From Azolla caroliniana (lineage: Eukaryota; Plantae; Polypodiophyta), in NCBI GenBank assembly GCA_043228905.1, contig JBHGNT010000016.1, positions 10,664,001-10,728,000 on the forward strand: a DNA stretch of 64,000 bases, in the 5' to 3' direction. Of this stretch, positions 51,536 through 64,000 are shown piece after piece (the first letter of the stretch is position 1; each line of letters begins with the position of its first letter). A program made the translations under genes and the position numbers. The notes below the pieces were generated by a model. It saw nothing but the letters and a program-made list of their open reading frames with translations. It did no database searches and was not told the DNA's origin.

Positions 51536-54500
51536 AAGCAAGGATCGGTTTTCTCCCGTAGGAACCCAATTTTGGCGCATACCGGTGGATGCGCGGTTAG
51601 GTGGGGGCAGATGTCGTGAAGAAAACCGTCCCTAGGCGCAAACCGTGTATAATGTGTGTGAACCGGCCCTTACATGTGGGCATGTCGCTTGTCGTATAGT
51701 AGATAGGTAGGCACAAAAGGTTAAATCCTAGGTAGCAATATTCTGTAAGGGAAATCGAGGAGTATCTCTGTCCGAAAGGACAAAGAATTAATGTGATGTA
51801 AATGGGCAAGGCGGCCTCCCTCCTTGAGCTATAAAAGAGAGGGAGACGGGGAGAGAAAGATATCGCGCGCTAGAGGGGACGAAGTGCTGTCGGACTGGGA
51901 CCGAGCTCTTCACCTCTCCATAGCTTTCTTTGTGCAGGTCCTCGAGAGGCTGATTCTGCTCCGTGGAACGCCCGTGTGCTTTCGGCAGAATCTCCATCTT
52001 GCTCTCCTGTGTGCGTGGGTGATCAGGCGCCGGCATCCGTCTCGCCGACCTGGTCGGCTGTATCAGTTCGAGTCATCTGCATACATATATTTATATACAC
52101 GTTCTTATACTCTATCTCCTACCCAACTCGTGTCTCTTGTGTTGATTGGGTTGCGTTCCCGCGCACTTCTTTGTCTATCCGTGTGTGAGTGTGTGTGTCT
52201 CTCTCTCCCCTTTCGCTTCCTCACCTATTCCTCGGTCCAAGGCCCCAGTTGTCCCGCCTCGTTCTCCATGCACGCGCGTAGCAACGCGACAACGCTGCGC
52301 TTCATTCAGGACCTGCAACCGGTCAACAAGGTGACCATTCGGAATGCAGGTATCGGGCCAACCATTGACGAGTTCGCGGAGCCCTTCGTTGGGAGGCTGA
52401 TCTATTCGGTCGGTGATCTGTACTCGGGGTACGACCAATTCCAACTAGCCGTAGAGAGCAGGGATATTACGACGATGCAAACTCTTCTCAGCCTAGTGCG
52501 AATGTGTACCCTACTGCAAGGAGGGACCAACTCGGTGGCGCACATGGTGAACACACTGAATAAGGTGCTTTGGGATTGCATCCTGGACATCACCATGCCA
52601 TTCTTGGACGACATCCCGATAAGAGGATATTTGGTGGAAGATAAGGATGAATCGGTTGGGCCGGACGGATGCCGGAAATTCGTTTTGGACCACATCCACG
52701 ATTGCAAGAAGGTGTTGCAGAGGCTCAAGAGCGCGCGCCTCACCTTCTACGGAGAGAAATCGGCTTTTGGGCAGTCAGACATCCTGGTTGTTTGACACTT
52801 GTGCGGGCCCTATGGTCGGAAACCGTCTCTGGACAAGGTAGAAGCCATCTCCAAAATGAAGGAAGAATGCAAGTTGGTTACAGAGCTTCGGAGGTTCCTA
52901 GGCATGTGTGTGTTCTATCACATTTGGATCCCGCATTACGCACACGTTGTGGAGCCACTATATGGGTTGCTAAAGAAAGGGTGTAAGTTCAGATGGGACG
53001 AGGAACATACGGACTCGGTTCGGAGATTGAAAGAAGTGCTTACCGCGGCACCGACACTCCAGAAGGCGGTTTACGACAAGGAGGTCCCGATCTACGTAAC
53101 TGTAGACACGAGCCCGACCGGGATCGGATGGGTGATCAATCAAGAGGACGAGAGCGGCACCAAGTTCCCCATCTGGTTCGGAACGAAGGTACTGAGCGAG
53201 CGACAAAGAGGATATGCCCAAGTTAAATGCGAACTTTGGGGTATCGTTTCGGTGGTCAAGGCTGACAAAGACTATTTGATCGGGATAGAGGTAGTAATTG
53301 AGACGGACTGCCTACCGATCCTCGGTATGGTTTCGGGATGCGCGACGCCGGACCTGGCAATGCTCAGGTGGATCGCGTACATTAAATCCTTGAACCCGGA
53401 GATACGACACATATCCGAAAAGGACAACACCATGGCCAATATGCTTTTGAGGGTTCGGTTTACCGACGAGGACAGCATGGTTTCGGAAGACGAAGAAGTC
53501 GACGTAGACTTCTTCGAGTTGGCTCGCATAGCGGCGAGGAAGGGGCGCACTCCGGCATTGAACGAATTAGACGAGGACAAGTACGACGGGGGAGTGGCTC
53601 CAGATTGGCAGGTTCTTGAGTACATTGATGCCGGACGCAGCATCGACGAGGGACGAGACAAATCAGATCCGGAAGAAGGTGTACCGATTCTTCCTACGGG
53701 ACAGGCACATATGGAAGCACCCAAAGAAGTGAGGCGGTGTTCCACTTCATGTGGTGGTAAAGGAGGAAGAGCAGAGGGCCTTGGTGGTAGCGTATCATGA
53801 GAGCCCTTGACCTGGACACCGCGGGACGTGGGCCACATTTGAGAAGCTAAAGGAGAAGTATTGGTGGCCGGGGATTCACCGGGACGTGCATCAGTTTGTG
53901 ATGACTTGCGAAAGCTGTCAGATGCATTCTGTGATCCGACATCGAGACGAGCTCCACCCGACCTACCCGCCGATCGTCCATTAAAAGTGGATGGTGGACT
54001 TAGTGACGATGCCAATGGGGGTAGGGCAAATGCATTACCTGCTGCTTGCACGGGAGGACCTGACGAACTAGGTGGAAGGTCGTGCGCTGTAAAACAAGAC
54101 GATTGCGTCCGTGTGCCAGCTCCTAACTGAGGAGGTGGTATGCCAGTATGGGTGTGTGGGGAAGATCGTGGCCGACAGGGGAGAGTTGGATGCGCAAGAG
54201 GCGGAAGAGCTGTTCGACCGGTTGGGGGTCAAGCTTTCCCTCACTACGGCGTACAATCTGGAGGCAAGCGGGAAGGTAGAGCACGGCCATGGGCCAATCG
54301 TGAAGGCGTTGGTGCGGGCTTGCGAAGGACAAGTCAGGAATTGGCCGCGGTTCTTGCGTTACGTGTTGTGGGCGGACCGAACTATGCATAGTTCGATAAC
54401 CGGGTTCATGCCGTCCGAGCTGATGTACGGGCAGAAGTCGGTCATGCCGATGGAGCGGACGATCTCCTCATGGGCTGCAGTGGGCTGGAGAGGCTAGATG

Positions 54501-54582
54501 AGCTAGGAAGAGTTGTTGGCGGTGCGGATTCGCCAGATCGAGTGAAGACCGGAGGACGTGGACCGGGCGAAGACGAAGCTGC

Positions 54583-57500
54583 TGACGAGAACTCGACGTT
54601 CCTTATGTCCGACGCTCGGCCACAACCGAGATTCTTTTCATACACAGAAAAACAGGTAATGAAACGCGACACAAAGGGGAGAAATGGTACACAGGAGGTT
54701 TACGTGGAAAACCCCAAAATAGGGGAAAAACCACGGCAGCCCACAGGCTACAAACTGTCACTATGTAGGAATATACAACGGTGAGTTCACTGAGGCAACG
54801 ACCTCGTGCACTCAGATCTTCGCCACAGGCGGCGGTTACAACAGAGGCAACGACCTCGTCTCTCTCTCTCTCTCTCTCTCTGTACAGTTACGCGCTCTCT
54901 CTTCTTCTTGCACCAACAAGGAAGAATGACTACAAACAAAAAAAACAACAACTAAAAGTTTGCCCTAAGTCATATTTATACTAATATGACTTTTCGGCTT
55001 TTTACAAATGTAGCCTCGATGGGCTCTCAAAAACATATTTACGAATATGTCTCTTCCTCCGGTTCATACCGGGCCTACACCATCCGACTCTCCGCAGTCG
55101 GGTACTCCCCATCCGGTTCAATACCGTTTCGGCCTCGGCCTGTCGGCCTCGGCAGAGTTTGTTCGTCGGCACCGTTCTTCGCCCTTCCCATCCGGAGGGA
55201 CCTGTCTCCCAACAAACTCCCCCTTCACTCCGGCATGGGGTGTCTTTCCAGCCCGATCCTCTTCCGGCATGCGTCCAGCTTGTCGGGTGTCAGCACTTTG
55301 GTCAACATATCTGACCCGTTCTCGGCCGTGTGGATCTTCGTCAGTGCGAACTCCTGGTCATCTACCCTTTCCTGGATCCAGTGATACCTCCGCTAGATAT
55401 GCTTCGTCCGGGAACGGTAGGCAGCATTCTTAGCAAGGTGGATGGCACTTTGACTGTCGCAGTAGAGTCTGTATTCCTCTTGCCGGATACCGAGCTCTCC
55501 GATGAAGTCCTTCATCCATAATATTTCCTTGCTGGCTTCTACAGCCGCCATGTACTCCGCCTCTGTGGTTGACAATGCAACCGTCTTCTGCAGCCTCGAC
55601 TGCCATGAAACAACTCCCCCTGCATATGTCATTACATACCCGGATGTAGACCGGCTGGTATCCACATCAGCCGACATGTCCGAATCGGTGAAACCGTCCA
55701 GTTGAGGTTTCCCGGAGCCGAATCGGAGACACATATTTGAAGTGCCCTTCAAGTACCGGAGTATCCATTTGACCGTGTTTCAATGCTCCCTGTCGGGATT
55801 ACTCATGAACCGGCTCACCACTCCGACTGGGTATCCAATGTCCGGTCGGGTACAAACCATTGCGTACATCAAGCTCCCGACGGCAGAGGCATATGGAATC
55901 TTCATCATATCTGCCTTCTCTCCTTTTGTCTTCGGGCTTTGCTTGCCGGACAACTTGCAGTTTGCCGGAAGTGTCGATCCGACCGGTTTTGCATCTGACA
56001 TGTTGAACCGGTGAAGCACCTTTGTCACATACTTCTCCTGTGACAACCATAATTGCTTCACTGACCGGTCCCGAATGATGTGCATCCCGAACATCTGTCT
56101 TGCCGGACCCAAGTCTTTCATTGAGAAGGTCTGATTGAGAGCCTTCTTCAGCATCCGTATTTTGGCTTGGTCTTGTCCGACGATCAACATGTCATCCACG
56201 TACAGGAGAAGTATCAGGAAGTCCCCTCCTTCGAACTTCTTCACGAACACGCAGTGATCGGCCTACGTCTTATGGTACCCTTGATCGGTCATGAAGGAGT
56301 CGAACTTCCGGTACCATTGCCGGGGAGCCTGCTTCAGTCCGTACAGGCTCTTCTTCAACCGGCATACCAGGTGCTCCTTCCCTTTCTCCACAAATCCTTC
56401 CGGTTGCTGCATGTAGATTTCCTCTTCGAGGTCGCCGTGAAGGAATGCCGTCTTCACGTCCAGCTGCTCTACCTCGAGATCCATGCTTGCTGCTATACTC
56501 AGCACTGTCCGGATGGAGGTCATCTTCACTACCGGAGCGAATATTTCTTCGAAGTCCACGCCCTTCTTCTGCTGGAACCCCTTCACCACGATCCTGGCTT
56601 TGTATCTCGGGAGGTTGCCGGCATCTCCCGGTTTCAACTTGAACACCCACTTGTTTCGGAGTGCCCGCTTTCCTTTCGGCAGCTCCACCAATTCGTACGT
56701 ATGGTTCTCATGCAGAGAATCCATCTCATCCTGCATGGCACTTAACCATTTTCGGCTGTGGGTGTCTTCCTTCGCTTCTTCGAAGCTTTCCGGCTCCCCC
56801 TCATCGGTCAGCAGGACATGCTCTGCATCCGGAAATCTCCGGGGCGCCCTTCTCTCTCTGAGAGGATATCTACGTCTTCGGGCTTCGGTAACCGGTTCCT
56901 CCATTTGCTCTTCATCCGAATCCGATTCGGGGTCTTGACCAGTTCCGGTCTCAGCTTCCTCTACTTCTCCTTCTGCCGGTTCGGTATCCTCACCGTAACC
57001 GGTTGGTTCCTCGAGTGCTAACCGGTCTCTTGCCGGTTGGGTCTGCTCATTGTAGAGTCTATCCTTACCGGTCGACTCGGAGTTCATTATCTTCTTCTCC
57101 GACTCCCAGTCGGCGAGCGTCTTGTCCTCCATGAAGATAATATCTCAACTCCGGAATACCTTCTTGTCGACCGGGTCCCACACTCGGTAGCCGAACTCAT
57201 CGTCACCGTAGCCGAGGAATATGCATGGCCGGGTCTTTGGATCTAACTTTCCTGTCCGGTCCTTTGCTACATGCACGTACGCGAGACACCCGAACACTCT
57301 CAGATGCCGGTAGGACACTTCCTTACCGGTCCATACTCTCTGTGGCGTGTCTCCGTCCAAGGGTACTGAGGGTGATCTGTTTATCACATATGTCGCCGTC
57401 GACAGTGCCTCAGCCCAAAACTTCTTGGGTAGTTTTGCATGCACTAGCATACTCCGGACCCTCTCCATTATGGTCCGGTTCATCCTCTCGGCCAGTCCGT

Positions 57501-60014
57501 TTAGTTCCGGCGTCTTCGGCACGGTAAATTCGAGCCGGATTCCCTTCGAGCGGCAGTACTCCTCGAACTGCCCCTGGTACTCTCCTCCGTTATCTGCTCG
57601 AACCGCCTTCAGCTTCCGGTCGGTTTCTCTTTCCACTCTCGCGTGGAGCTCTTTGAAGACTGATAACACATGATCCTTCGTCTTCAGCGGTGTGGCCCAC
57701 AGCTTCCGGCTGTGGTCATCTATGAACGTCACGAAGTACTGCGCTCCGGCATGTGACTTCGTGTCTACTTGACAAACATCCGTATGCACCAACTCCAGTG
57801 GTGCATTACGTCTCATCGGTGGCCTTGGTCAGAAGGAGGTCCGGTTTTGCTTACCGGCCAGACAATCAGTGCACTTCTCTAAGTGCACGTTCTTCACTGG
57901 AATGAGGTTGTCGTCTCCAAGCCTCTTCATCCCCTTCTCACTCATGTGACATAGCTTCTTGTGCCACAGCTCACCGGCAGTGTCGGAAGCCACGTTTACT
58001 TCTTCCGGACATAACCGAGCATTCATCAGGTACAATGTGTTTACCTTCCGGGCCCGAGCCACAATCAGGCTCCCTTTGCTGAACTTCATGACACCGTTCC
58101 GGATGCTACCCGTGTAGCCTTCATCATCTAGCCGACCGGCTGATATCAGGTTCAGACGAACTTCCGGAACGTGTCGGACATCCTTCAACAGCAACTTGCA
58201 TCCGGTTGGTGTTGTCAGCCACACGTCTCCTATGCCAACAATTCAGCATGTTCCTTCATTCCCCATCCGGACACAGCCGTGATCACCGGCTGAGTAGGAT
58301 GAGAAGCATTTCCGGTCCGAGGTAAGGTGGAACGACGCTCCGGAGTCTACCACCCAGGTCATCTCGTCGCCGGCATGGTTTATCTCACTCTCCTCGGTGA
58401 TGAGCATCAACTCCTCTTCACTTGCCGCAATTGCCGTCGTTCCCTTCTGGTCCGGCCCCCTCCGGTCTTTACAGTTCCGGTCTGTACCGTTTCGGTTCGG
58501 GGTTTGCTTCGAATCGGTACCATCGGTTTCCTTGTCTTTACGGAAATGCCGACAATTCTTTTGGAAGTGTCCCGGCTTGCCGCAATAGAAGCAAGTAGGC
58601 CTCCCCCTTGACTTTGACCGTGTCCCCGACTTCTCCCGGTTCTGGGGACTACGGTTTCTATGTCTTCCGCATTCCGATTCCGTAAGGAGCGCTTTGGAGT
58701 CGGAGCTCGTATCTTTATCTTTCCGACGAGCCTCCTCATCTAGCAAGCTCGACTTTACTCTTGCTAGGGATAACCGTTTTCCTTCCGGCCCGGCGTTGCC
58801 CAAAGTGAGAACCAACGTCTCCCAGCTATCCGGGAGGGAACCGAGCAGGAGTAGCGCTAGGACCTCATCGGCAAGAGGTACTTCCAATGACGTTGTTTGG
58901 TGGATCAGCCCCTGGAAGGCATTCATATGCTCCGCCATGCTGGAGCCATCTTGGTACCGGAGTCTTACTAGCTTCCGGAATACCGACACCTGATTGACAG
59001 CATTTTTGTTTTGGAACATTATGCCGATCTTCTCCCAGAGCTCATGAGCCTTGCTCTCTTCATTGAAGTTGTTGTACAGGCTCATGTCGATGAAGCACCG
59101 TATGTACGCCGTTGTCTTCATGTGCATCACCTCCCATATCGCGGAGTCGATTTTGTCCGGTCTCTTGTCCCCGAACTGAACCGGCAGCCAGAGGTCTTTA
59201 ACCACGAGCATGTCCCTCATCTTCGACTTCCACACTGAATAGTTGGAGCCGGTGAGCTTGAACATGCCGCCAAACGATTCGTCCATTTTCTGTGTCGATT
59301 TCGCTCTGATACCACTTGACGAGAACTCGACGTTCCTTATGTCCGACGCTCGGCCACAACCGAGATTCTTTTCATACACAGAAAAACAGGTAATGAAACG
59401 CGGCACAAAGGGGAGAAATGGTACACAGGAGGTTTACGTGGAAAACCCCAAAATAGGGGAAAAACCACGGCAGCCCACAGGCTACAAACTGTCACTATGT
59501 AGGAATATACAACGGTGAGTTCACTGAGGCAACGACCTCGTGCACTCAGATCTTCGCCACAGGCGGCGGTTACAACAGAGGCAACGACCTCGTCTCTCTC
59601 TCTCTCTCTCTCTGTACAGTTACGCGCTCTCTCTTCTTCTTGCACCAACAAGGAAGAATGACTACAAACTAAAAAAACAACAACTAAAAGTTTGCCCTAA
59701 GTCATATTTATACTAATATGACTTTTCGGCTTTTTACAAATGTAGCCTCGATGGGCTCTCAGAAACATATTTACGAATATGTCTCTTCCTCCGGTTCATA
59801 CCGGGCCTACACCATCCGACTCTCCGCAGTCGGGCCGGGCCTACACCATCCGGCTCTCCGCAGTCGGGCCGGGCCTACACCATTCGACTCTCCACAGTCG
59901 GGTACTCCCCATCCGGTTCAATACCGTTTCGGCCTCGGCCTCTCGGCCTCGGCGGAGTTTGTTCGTCGGCACCGTTCTTCGCCCTTCCCATCCGGAGGGA
60001 CCTGTCTCCCAACA
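54583..60014 (-). mobile_element. Full-length Tork-like Copia, minus strand
   Basis: LTRs 54583-55214 (3') and 59317-60014 (5'); TSD GCTGC; PBS (rc gctctgatacca) 59303-59314; PPT rc at 55215-55228. Confidence 0.96.
55225..59286 (-). pseudogene. Gag-Pol of second Tork-like Copia, several stops
   Basis: MDESFGGMFKL..., CFYCGKPGHFQKNC, WVVDSGASFH, LLYVDDML, STTEAEY. Confidence 0.92.
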
Positions 60015-60042
60015 GCTGCATGTGGCGAGGGTGAAGAATAAA

Positions 60043-62044
60043 GGTTGCGGCCTCTCGGTGTATTTGTGTGTACTCTAATCCATTATCGTTACGGAGCTGG
60101 TCGAGCGCGTGTCTCTTTTCATTTTTGTACGTTGTTGTGTTATTTGTTTTACCTAGTGAGCACTACTTGCCTGTGACAGGCACTCGCTAGCCTCGTATAA
60201 TTACTTGCCGGAGGTCGGTACTTGCAAGCCTGTTGCTTCCGCTCTCTTCTCTCTGTGTTTCTGTGCACTCGTCGGTCCAGGGCCCCCGTGGTCCCGCTTT
60301 AGTTTCCTATGCACAAGCGAAACAACATGACATCTAATTTGGTGAACCCGACGTGAAGAAGGTTGCAGAGGAGTCAGAAGATAAGAGGGTTGGACTCGCC
60401 GAAGCCAATGGCGGTGGCCGTCGACCGGCTAGTGAACGCATGTCGGAGAAGTCCCTTTGAGCCATGTGGGACAGAGGAGGAAGCTGATGAACGTATTATA
60501 TCGGTTGGACAAATCATCGACCAGGGGATGCATGTGTGGTTTACGCACCTCGGGTGCTTCATCGAGGAAGAAGGCCGGATAATCGCGCAAGGGCCCAGAG
60601 ACGGGAGGGTGTTCATCCTCAACACTAATGATGTCGGCACCGCTATGTTTGCAAAAGGGCAGAAGGCCGAGTCGGACATCAACCTGTGGCACACGCGAAT
60701 CGGCCACGTCAACTACCGGAGGCTTCCGGACTTACAATTGAAACAAGTTATTTTCGGTTTCCTGAAATTTAGCGGCTGGAAAGCCGAAATTTGTGAACCC
60801 TGCCAACTCGGGAAGAAATATCGGCTTCCATTCCCCACCGAATGAAACCGGAGCCGTAACAAGGTCGACCTAATCCAGTCGGATGTATGGAGACCGCCAT
60901 AGAACCTTAGACTTGGCGGGAGTTGGTATTTAATCTCCTTCATCGATGACAATAGTCGGCACACATGGATCTACCTTATCGAGAGGAAGAGCGAAGTCTT
61001 TGAGTGTTTCCGGAACCTTCAAAGCTTGGTTGAATGGGAAATAGAGAGTAATTATCAAGTGCCTGCGATCAGATGGCGGAAAAGAATGCTTTTCCGGCCA
61101 ATTCAACAGTTATCTACAACAGAACATATTTTAGAGAGAATTCAGATGCCCATACACACCGGAACAAAACGGTGTGGCCGAGAGGAAGAACCAGTCGATT
61201 GGCGACGTGACAAGGGCAATGCTGGAGGAGAAGAGCATGGCCCAATTCTATTGGGCTGAGGCGGTCCGAACGGCCGTCTACATCCAAAATTGGATCAGTG
61301 ACAAGGTGTTAGCACATGAGTTGTATTTCGGGTGGAAGCCGAATTTGAGGCACCTTCGGATATTTGGTTAGCATAGCATATGTGCATGTACTGGATGAGA
61401 AGTGGAAGAAGCTCGATCCGAAGTCGGAGAAGTGCATCCTAGTCGGTTACTCGCATGAGCAAAAGGGGTATAAGTGCTATAACCCCCGGACTAAGCAGGT
61501 CTGAGTAAGCCGAGATGTTGAGTTCGACGAGACGGCTTCGTGGTACTCTCTACGAAATCCGACTTCCGACTCAGACCCGATTCCAGAAGTTGAGGCTAGT
61601 GAGCTTGAACCGGTCTAGATAGAAGCTGAGGAGCTTGAGACTCTAGAAGAGAGTCCATAATCATTTCAGTTGAGCAGACTGAACGAGAAACTGGGTCAAA
61701 ATGACCAGTCAGATGAGGAACCAGCGAGTAGTGGAGACTTTGCCGTGCTCTCCCCGTGTAAGGAACTGAGGAGACGGTTCACACACTAAGAGAAGGTGAA
61801 GAAGAAGATGCCGGAATACGAAACCAGCAATGTTGAGTCGGATTGGAGCGAATCCGATTCTGGGAAGGATGAAAGCGGATCTTCAAGAACGAAGTCCGAA
61901 CCGGCCAAGAAGGCCCCAAACCGGCCAAGAAGGGCCCCAAACCGGGTGATGACAAGTTACACCGGTCTTCCCGCCAGAAGAAGCCAGTTACGCACATTGT
62001 ATGTACAGATTTTTTAAAGATAATTTTTTGAATTGAGTTTATGT

Positions 62045-62087
<43 letters not shown>

Positions 62088-63225
62088 GTATATGCTCTGC
62101 GTATTAAGCTTCTCCATTAAACCTCTTATTCTCTGTTGCTATCCAACTGAGCCGGTTCTGTCTAACGCTTCCGCACGTTTACTTTCACAATTCCACTACG
62201 ATCGTCGTAGTCGTAATTCGTAAACATTCAACTACGATTGTCGTAGCCGGAATTCCGTAGTTCGTGAGTTGTCGGCTACTTGAACCCGAGTCTCGTACCT
62301 TTTTCCGGCATTCCTCTTCATAGTGGCCATTGTTGCGAAGTTTCACGCGTGTGTGTTACTTTGGTGGGATCATGGGGGTCTTGGACTAGGGAGTACAAAA
62401 GGATAGAGAAGACTTAAGGTTTGCTTTACGATAATACTACTTCCCAACCCCTTCCCGAGCAAGATCTCGTTGCCCCTTTTGTGGGGCCGGTGGCTTTCAT
62501 TGATCACAACTCATCGATTTTTTGAGATCACTGCACAAGCCAAATGATTAAACGGGTACAAGAAAAGATGAGCACACAAGATAAATGCACAAGGGGACGA
62601 TAACACAAACACAAATGCCTGTATGTCTTTATGAGGAGGAGAGGTGCATGGGCACGTTGGAACGCTCCCTTGTCATAAGACGACCGAACGTACAAGGAAG
62701 ACACAAAACACATGCAGAAATGCTCGTACGCCTTTCTGAGGAGGAGAGGTGCATGGGCAAGCCTGAACGCTTCCTCCTCACAAGACCACCGAACATACAA
62801 GGAAGACACAAACACACACACAAATGCTCGTACTTCTTTATGAGGAGGAGAGGTGCATGGGCACGCCCGAAACACTCCCTCATCACAAGACGACCGAACG
62901 TACAAGGAAGACACAAACAGACGCACAAAATGCTCTCTATGCCTTTATGAGGAGGAGCGGTGCATGGGCACACCTGAAATGCTCCCTTGTCACATGACGG
63001 CTGAACGTACAAGGAAGACACAAACACACGTACAAATGATCGTACGTTTGTATGAGGAGAAGAGGTGCATGGGCACACCCGAATGCTCCCTCGTGACAAG
63101 ACGGCCAAACGTACAAGGAAGACACAATCACACGCACAAAATGCTCATATGCCTTTATGAGGAGGAGAGGTGCATGGGCACGCCCAAAACGCTGCCTCGT
63201 CACAAAGCGGCTGAACGTACAGGGG
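60043..63225 (+). repeat. Second copy of segmental duplication (Trp-LTR 3' part, Copia-B INT, Copia-B LTR end, flank and 105-bp satellite 62610-63222)
   Basis: Colinear with 17576-18217, 35734-38470 and 40679-41830; RT/RH deleted at ~61990. Confidence 0.88.
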
Positions 63226-63834
63226 GACGAGAACAAAGAAAAAAAGAAGAAAAAAGAAAAACATGAATGATATTGGCTAAATAAATACATATGTGTTCGA
63301 TTCCAACGCAAGAGCGCCCTTTACAAAATAGGGTTTGATTACAATTTGGCAAGTTCTAGTTAACCACAAGCTCAACAAAACATAAATACTAAATGCCTTT
63401 AGAGACAAAAGAAAATCCAAACACGGAGCACGAACACGACGAACACGAACACATGAGCACCACAAAAATGCCGATTCCTACAAACCACGACCACCCAAAC
63501 GGTGAGCACACCGGCTCGCAACGACTAATGGGGGTGAGACAACGTAGAAGGAATGAAGCTTGGGCTCACGAGCACTGTAAACAAGCACTTCGAGTGCCAA
63601 TGCGAAGAAGACGAGCACGTGGTGATGAGGGGATGAAGGGGTAAGAGATGAAGAGAAATGGTGAAGAAGAAGATGAAGAGCTCAGAAGGAAAAATGACGA
63701 TAGTCTCCTCCTCCCAAAATGTTCCCCCCAAATGAGCCCCCCTTGACCTCCTTTTATAGGAAAGAAAGAAGGGGGGTCGCCAATTTTGTCTTCAATGCAA
63801 AAGGAATAAAATTTCTTAAATCCCGTTGCATTAT

Positions 63835-64000
63835 TGTTAGGAAACAAGTCCCTCCGGATGGTGAAGACCCGGTGAGAATCGGATGAAGAGTACCCGGCTA
63901 CGGAGAGCCGGATGGTGCAGACCCGATGAGAACCGGATGACCAGTACTTGGAAACGGAAGACCCGGTGAGAACCGGATGATGAGTACTCGGCAAGCGGAA
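63835..64000 (+). mobile_element. Start of another Tork-family LTR, cut by the window end
   Basis: tgttaggaaacaagtccctccggatgg resembles tgttgggagacaggtccctccggatgg; 48-bp repeat gagtacccggctacggagagccggatggtgcag. Confidence 0.85.

Larger units (their letters stand above)
45228..52291 (+). mobile_element. Full-length non-chromovirus Ty3/Gypsy primed by tRNA-Trp
   Basis: 680-bp LTRs 45228-45907 and 51612-52291; 4-bp TSD ACGC; PBS TGGTGAACCCGACGTGAA at 45912; PPT aggtgggggcag before 51612. Confidence 0.95.
43387..60042 (+). mobile_element. LTR-less internal fragment of a Gypsy related to the Trp-primed family (43387-45227, 52292-54582, 60015-60042), flanked by 28-bp direct repeats
   Basis: Decayed gag end, PR (ALIDHGSEI), RT (FLDD), RH and INT paralogous to 47000-51210; repeat ggttgcggcctctcggtgtatttgtgtg at 43359-43386 and 60043-60070. 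Confidence 0.85.

Noticed and set aside
63226-63834. Gene or LTR call for the sequence after the second satellite
   Set aside because: Only a minus-strand TATA-like motif and low-complexity ORFs; no boundaries or domains could be supported.

Overview
Plant-type (probably non-seed plant, inference) heterochromatic window with no recognisable host gene. After ~4.4 kb of AT-rich low-complexity DNA it is almost entirely a nest of LTR retrotransposons, most of which I could bound by LTR termini, PBS/PPT and target-site duplications (TSD) read from the sequence. Contents: (1) a very young chromodomain Ty3/Gypsy (4595-11615, TSD CCTGG) inside the 3' LTR of a minus-strand Copia; (2) a decayed Copia-B (14881-40877) hosting a solo LTR, a tRNA-Trp-primed Gypsy LTR remnant and a non-chromovirus Gypsy (18218-35728, TSD TCGAC), which itself carries a hAT MITE, a solo LTR, a truncated Copia-D and a full Tnt1/Tork-like Copia (26019-31406); (3) a ~105-bp satellite; (4) an LTR-less Gypsy fragment bounded by 28-bp direct repeats that hosts a full tRNA-Trp-primed Gypsy (45228-52291) and a second Tork-like Copia (54583-60014); (5) an old tandem segmental duplication of part of the nest. 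The most unusual signals are a tRNA-Arg-mimic hairpin ending in CCA (anti-PBS) where the 18218-35728 Gypsy should have a polypurine tract; a five-unit stem-loop array inside a probable leader intron of the young chromovirus, whose LTRs end TA rather than CA; a -1 frameshift signal (G GAU UUU UAG plus pseudoknot) between protease and RT in the Trp-primed Gypsy family; and two Tork-like elements with near-identical pol but strongly diverged capsid domains. All alignments were done by eye; lineage names are inferred from motifs, not database searches.
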